This document shows, in pieces, positions 59,133 to 64,000 of a stretch of DNA of 64,000 bases. Position 1 is the stretch's first letter. Each line of letters opens with the position of its first letter. Both the position numbers and the translations under genes were made by a program. The notes under the pieces are model-generated. The model ran no database searches, was not told the origin of the DNA, and worked only from the letters and a program-made list of their open reading frames with translations. The stretch spans positions 49,290,001 to 49,354,000 of the forward strand of contig NC_067399.1 in NCBI RefSeq assembly GCF_016432865.1. Direction: 5' to 3'. This DNA comes from Antechinus flavipes. Lineage: Eukaryota.

Positions 59133-60433
59133 GTTGAGGTGGGCCAAAAGTGAACTCCCCCAATTACATGGCTGTCCCCCCTTTCTCCAGAGACCGGCTT
59201 CTCTCCTGGTTGGAGGGGACAGGAGCCCTCAGAGGAGGGTCTGTAATCTTGGTCCCCTGACCTACCCCCTCAGCCCCTCCTCTAAATCAGTGGCCAGAGG
59301 CAGCGTTACCTGGGGGCTGGAGTTTGGGAGATCTAGTTCCCTTTGCCCCCAACTAATTGTGTGAGCTTTGTTAAGTCACTCACTGTCCCCATTTGTCACT
59401 GAGGAAGCAAGTCCTGGGAGATTAACAACCTCATGATGTAGTGGAAAACATTTTGAAAAAGCTTCAAGTGTCACAACAGTGTCAGCTGGAATTTCTCTGT
59501 GAGGGAACTCCTGTCTTGAAAATGGAAGGTAAAGTAAGTGAGGCGATGAGAAAGCCAGTTGGGCTATAAAAGCAGCTCCCCCGCCCACCACCACCTAGTG
59601 CGAGCCCTTCTGCCAGCGAGGGCCCCAGAGTGGCAGTGTGGGCATTCCATGAGCAGGGGCCGGCCTGCCCCTTTGCACCACCCACATCCCTGACCCCCAG
59701 ACCCTTCTGTCCAGCAGGGCTGTGTTCAGGGAGGAAGGGCCTGGGTGTAGTGGGGCCTGTCCTGTATGGGTGGCTGTCTGTATTAAAGTGTGTGAGGTGA
59801 TTCGGTGTTCATCGAGGACCTTGCTGTTCTTGGTTAGTTCTTCAGCCGGACTGTTCCAGAGCTGGCTGCCCAGGGACTTCCAACACTGCATCATCTCCCC
59901 TCTCCCCCTTGAAACATGCCGTGTGAAACACCCAGAACGACCAGCCCACCTGGGTCTTCCCCTAAGCTGGCTCAACACATTTGATCCACCCTTTTTTCTA
60001 AACTTCCCTTTCTAGACCCTTGGCTCCTCTTAGGTTTGGCCGACTTGGAGAGAACTGTGGGTGGACGATCTTTGTCCTCTCCCTCTCATTTCCCCCTTGG
60101 GACCAGAAGCCTAAAGTATGAGTAACCAGAAGTTTCCCTCTTTGCTGGATGTGAAGATACGGTGCACCGGGTAAACAGAAGGTGTTCCGGAGGGCCTGGC
60201 CGCTTAACCGGAGCCTTCCCGAGGCGGGGAGAACAGGGCTCATCTACCGAGAGACTCAGCTGGCCAGACCAGGCTACCACGGCCACCAGCAGTCTGCTCG
60301 CAATAGCTTCTTCCTGGCCACTGACCCCGAACCCAGTTTTCCCATTACATCGATTGAGTAAATGTTTTTCTTGGTTTCTTCCAGTGAATTTGGCCTGCAA
60401 CCAGACACTGTGTTTAAAAAAAAAAAATCCTGT

Positions 60434-60456
60434 TTTATTGATAAATTTGCATTAAA
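60434..60456. terminator. Back-to-back polyA signals: AATAAA (-, 60434-60439, CDK10) and ATTAAA (+, 60451-60456, SPATA2L)
   Basis: Both hexamers are visible. On the minus strand a U-run follows; on the plus strand gggtgtgg follows. An alternative SPATA2L ATTAAA with a GU-rich tail lies at 59782-59787. Confidence 0.55.
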
Positions 60457-63335
60457 AGCAGGGTGTGGGAGGTAAGAAAATGGGGAATTTTACAGGTAAG
60501 AGTCAGCAAAGAGGGGACGTTACCAAGAAAGTTTACAGGGTTGGTTGCTGAGAAAAGATCCAAATTTAGAAACTGTCTCTTCCCAAGTGGCCATGGAGAA
60601 ATGTATTTGCAAAAACACCTCCGCGGTTAAGGCCAGCCTCCCACTACACCAAGGAAAAAGTCATCTGTGAAGGAGATTTGGGGGCTGGGTGCTCCATCCT
60701 CACAAAGGTGCTTTTTAAAATACTTGAGTGAATGCCTTCACTTACTATCAATAGCCTTTTCTGAGAAAAGGCTGGGAACTGCTGGATCCTGGGGCAGAGG
60801 TGGGAGGGAGAGCAAAGAACACTTATTTTTCCACTCTCTGTGGAGGAAATGCTGCGAGTTAATCACAGGCTTGGGAGGTGAAGCCCCTCATGCTTCCTTC
60901 TGCACGTGGACAAATTAGAGAGCATGGAAGACCCCCGTGACCCAAGGGAGAATTCTGTCTGTCCAGAGGCGAGTCCTCAGCCAGAGCACTTACTGTCCAG
61001 CCTTTACACTGGTGCCCCAAGGGCGGGCCTTACCTCTCTCCCCAGGAAGGAGGAGGGATGACCTCCAGAATGGATCCAAGGCCAGTCACTGGGCCTGGAT
61101 GGGGGATGGAATAGCCCGCTTCCCTCCTCCCTGGATGACCTCGGCAAAGCAGGCCTGAGCTCCTCAGGGAGCAGCAGGAGCTGGAGGCAGACTGAGGGGG
61201 AGGTCAGGCCCAGGAGCCTGGCTCACCACCCACAAGGCTTCCCCTTTTAAATCAGGAGGTGAGAGGATGGGAAGAAACCAAAGCCATGAAAAGGGAAGTG
61301 TGATGCCTGAAAGCCGGGGCCCAGCTCTGCAGCTACCCCGGCTGGTCCCCAGTGCCCCGGCCTTTGGTCTCAAAGTGAGGGCTGAGGTCATAGGGCCCAG
61401 CACAAAACAGGCACCGCAGACATTGCTGACAAGTTCGTTCCAACCCTAAAATCCCATGACCCTAAAGGGAGAAAGTGGGGGGGGGGACTCCATCCCTGCC
61501 CCCAGCAGGATCCTTTAAAGGGAGGGGGCTGGCTAGGGGAGTGCTGCTTGGAGTGGGGGAAGGATTTCCCTCCAGGCCCTGCCTTGTGACCCAAGTGCCC
61601 ACGGGGGTATCCCAGGATGGTCTCCCGCCCTCCCCTCTCCCCGGACACCCCGGTTTAGACTCTAGGCAGGAAGCCAAATGGCAGTTTTTTCCCCTTTCTT
61701 GCCCCCTGACTCCCACTTTCCCCGCTAGTCTCCAAAACAATCCATTTCACAAAGCCAAATGCCAGGAGTAGCATTCAAAGATACATTTTTAAAACATTTT
61801 CCAAAAGCAGCATTTGAACAACCCGGTCTGCCCAGTGCCCTCATCCAGGACGGCTCCTCTAGGACGGGAGGCTGTCTCTAGCCACCATCAGTCATACTGG
61901 TGAAAGGCTGGCAAGGTCCTCCCCGTGGGGTTCTGGAGGGAAGTATTCACCCAAGGAGACAACCAGGCCCCTGTTGCCTTAAGCTCTTTGCGAACATCGG
62001 GACCTCTGGCACCATCCCTTCCCCTTGAAGCGGGCTCAGCATCAGGGCTGATCCAACCTGCCCCCGTCCTTGCGGCTTTTTCTCTGACCCATCAGGCAGC
62101 TGGATGGGGGGGGGGTCCATGCTGCAGAGGACGGAACCCTACTGGACCCCATCTCCAGGGAAGGAAGCAGGTCAGAGCGAGACAGAGCCTGGAACGTGGG
62201 ACTCTCCAGCCGTCCTTCCTCTCCCTCCCCAAACCTTGTGTCTGTCTTCCAGGTGGGGAAACCCTCTCCTCTCCAGCCCCAAAATCCCGCAGGCGGAGCG
62301 CCGGCAGAAGGCCAGAGGAAGTCCGGGAGGCGCCTGCGGAGGTACCTGAGCGGCTGTCTCAGTGGGATGCGGCCGGCCCCTCTCAGCAGCCTACTTACAA
62401 ATCAGTCTTCGCCCAACTGCGCAGCCTCCGTCTCCCTGGTCCGCCTGAAAAAGGGGCGACTTACTGAGAAGCTAAGGAGGGCAAAGGACAGAGGAAGCCA
62501 TACTACGATGGCCTGCCCCAGCGCCCCAACTGAGGGCGTGACCTGCAGGAGAGGGAGAACGGGGGGGATGCCCTGCGCCAGCCCTGCGGTCCAAATGTCA
62601 CGGCCGAGGACCCCGCGGAAGCCCCTGGGAGCGCCCAGCTAAGGAAATGTGGACGTCCCGGGGCCCGCAGCAGAAGCCGGCCCATTCCAGGGGCCGCTGG
62701 TGGCCCCCAACTGCGGACCAGCCACACTGGCTCCAGCGCCCGGCAGCTTTATGTATCTGAGACCGCGCCGGCGTGGCGGCAAAGGCCGACGGCTGCTTCC
62801 GAGAGCTCCGATGTCATCAGGGAGGGGCACAGACTGGGGGTCCCGCTGCCCTTCACAGAAAGTCTCCCTAAGTTAACATAGTTGACAATGCTCGGCAATG
62901 GCTGGCCGGCCCAGCTCTCAGACCGCTGTCCGGTCCAGTCTGGCTTCTGGGGACCAGCTGCGGGGAAATAGGATCTCGATTCAGAACTTCAAACCTGGGC
63001 TGCCATGGGCTTCAGGGAGAGGAGCACTTTATCTCCCTGATAGGAGAGAGGGTAGAAAGGACCCTCTTAAAGCAGGATGGAGAGACCTGTGATCTCTTAA
63101 AGGATGCAGCACGTTTCTGGTCAGTCCGGGGTCTGGGGCGAGGGACCCAGAAGCCAAAGGTGAAGGATCATGGTGCTTTAAAGCCACAAGTTGGCGTCTG
63201 CCCCGGCCTGTGGTTCTGGAAGGGGATGGAGCCTGGCACTGACTTGGGTCGTCCCGAGCGAGCCCAGCCATCGCCTCCCCGGGCTGCCTCCCCCCGCTCT
63301 CCGGGTCACCCAGTGGGACAGGGCCCCTTACCGCC

Positions 63336-63620
63336 TCAGGGCTTGCTGCGCTTGCCCTGGCTCTCGGCCCCCGTGTTGGCGGCGGCGCTCGTGGCAGCCC
63401 GCTTGTTCCGATGGTGAGGGAAGGTGGGCATAAGCTCCGGCTCGCAGGCTGGGGGCAAAGACGTTCACTTTCACCTGCCCCACACCGCCCAGGGACTCCC
63501 ACCCGAGACCTGGCCTTCCTGGGCACCCCACGGCTCTTCCCGCCCCCCACGGCCTTGGAACACTCACGCAGAGGCTTTTCTTTGAAGTAGGAGCTTTCCA
63601 AGCAGTCCCCGGCGGTGGCC
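63336..63620 (-). CDS. CDK10: CDK10, last two coding exons (5' part outside the window)
   Basis: Exon 63620-63568 reads [18 protein letters not shown]; exon 63448-63336 reads [37 protein letters not shown]. Both match the recalled human CDK10 C-terminus; GT-AG and phases fit. Confidence 0.95.
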
Positions 63621-64000
63621 CTGGAGAGAACCCGTCGGCTTGTCAAGGAGGAGCAATGCCATTGCAAGTACAGGAAACCCGTTATGTGCCCACTGTGGGC
63701 AGGGACCCGTACTGGGCCCCACCCTGGCTCCTGCCTCTACGTGGCTCAAAAACCGGCGCCAGTTCTGGGCAAGGTTTAGTTTGCCAACGCGAAGGCCCTC
63801 GGCCCATTTCCCGACAATAGGAAGATAAGGAATAAGTGGGCTGCTGACACAAAATTGGGGGCCCTCTGGGCTCTGTGAGCCACAAAAAGAGCGGGCAGGA
63901 GGTCCGAGAACTGAGGAAGGTGCCCGCCAGCCCAAACCGTCCAGTGGTAGCTTGGCCCGGACGTGCTGCTTAGGGGCCCAGGGCTACAAGAAGAACACTT

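Noticed and set aside
61925-62876. ORFs of 148-180 aa between SPATA2L and CDK10
   Set aside because: No domain similarity; they are explained by high GC content within the likely CDK10 3' UTR.

Overview
Eukaryotic (mammalian) genomic DNA, not prokaryotic. The repeat content (WSINE1-like SINEs, RTE-tailed CORE-SINEs, marsupial-type L1 3' ends, a 7SL retrocopy) points to a marsupial, possibly a dasyurid; this is inference. The window is syntenic to human 16q24.3. I traced the spliced genes by hand, checking GT-AG sites and reading phase. They are: FANCA last exon (+), complete ZNF276 (-, 11 exons, 646 aa), complete VPS9D1 (+, 15 exons, 656 aa, one U12-type intron), complete SPATA2L CDS (+, 435 aa) and the last two exons of CDK10 (-). 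The main surprise is an extra intact six-exon gene on the minus strand (47368-53460) between VPS9D1 and SPATA2L, an interval where I know of no human protein-coding gene. It encodes a 243-aa Rossmann-fold, SDR-like protein lacking the YxxxK catalytic motif. Its intron 4 carries an 11-copy minisatellite built from the exon-5 splice acceptor itself, and two of the copies offer in-frame alternative acceptors. Gene identities come from my recall of the human proteins; no database search was run.
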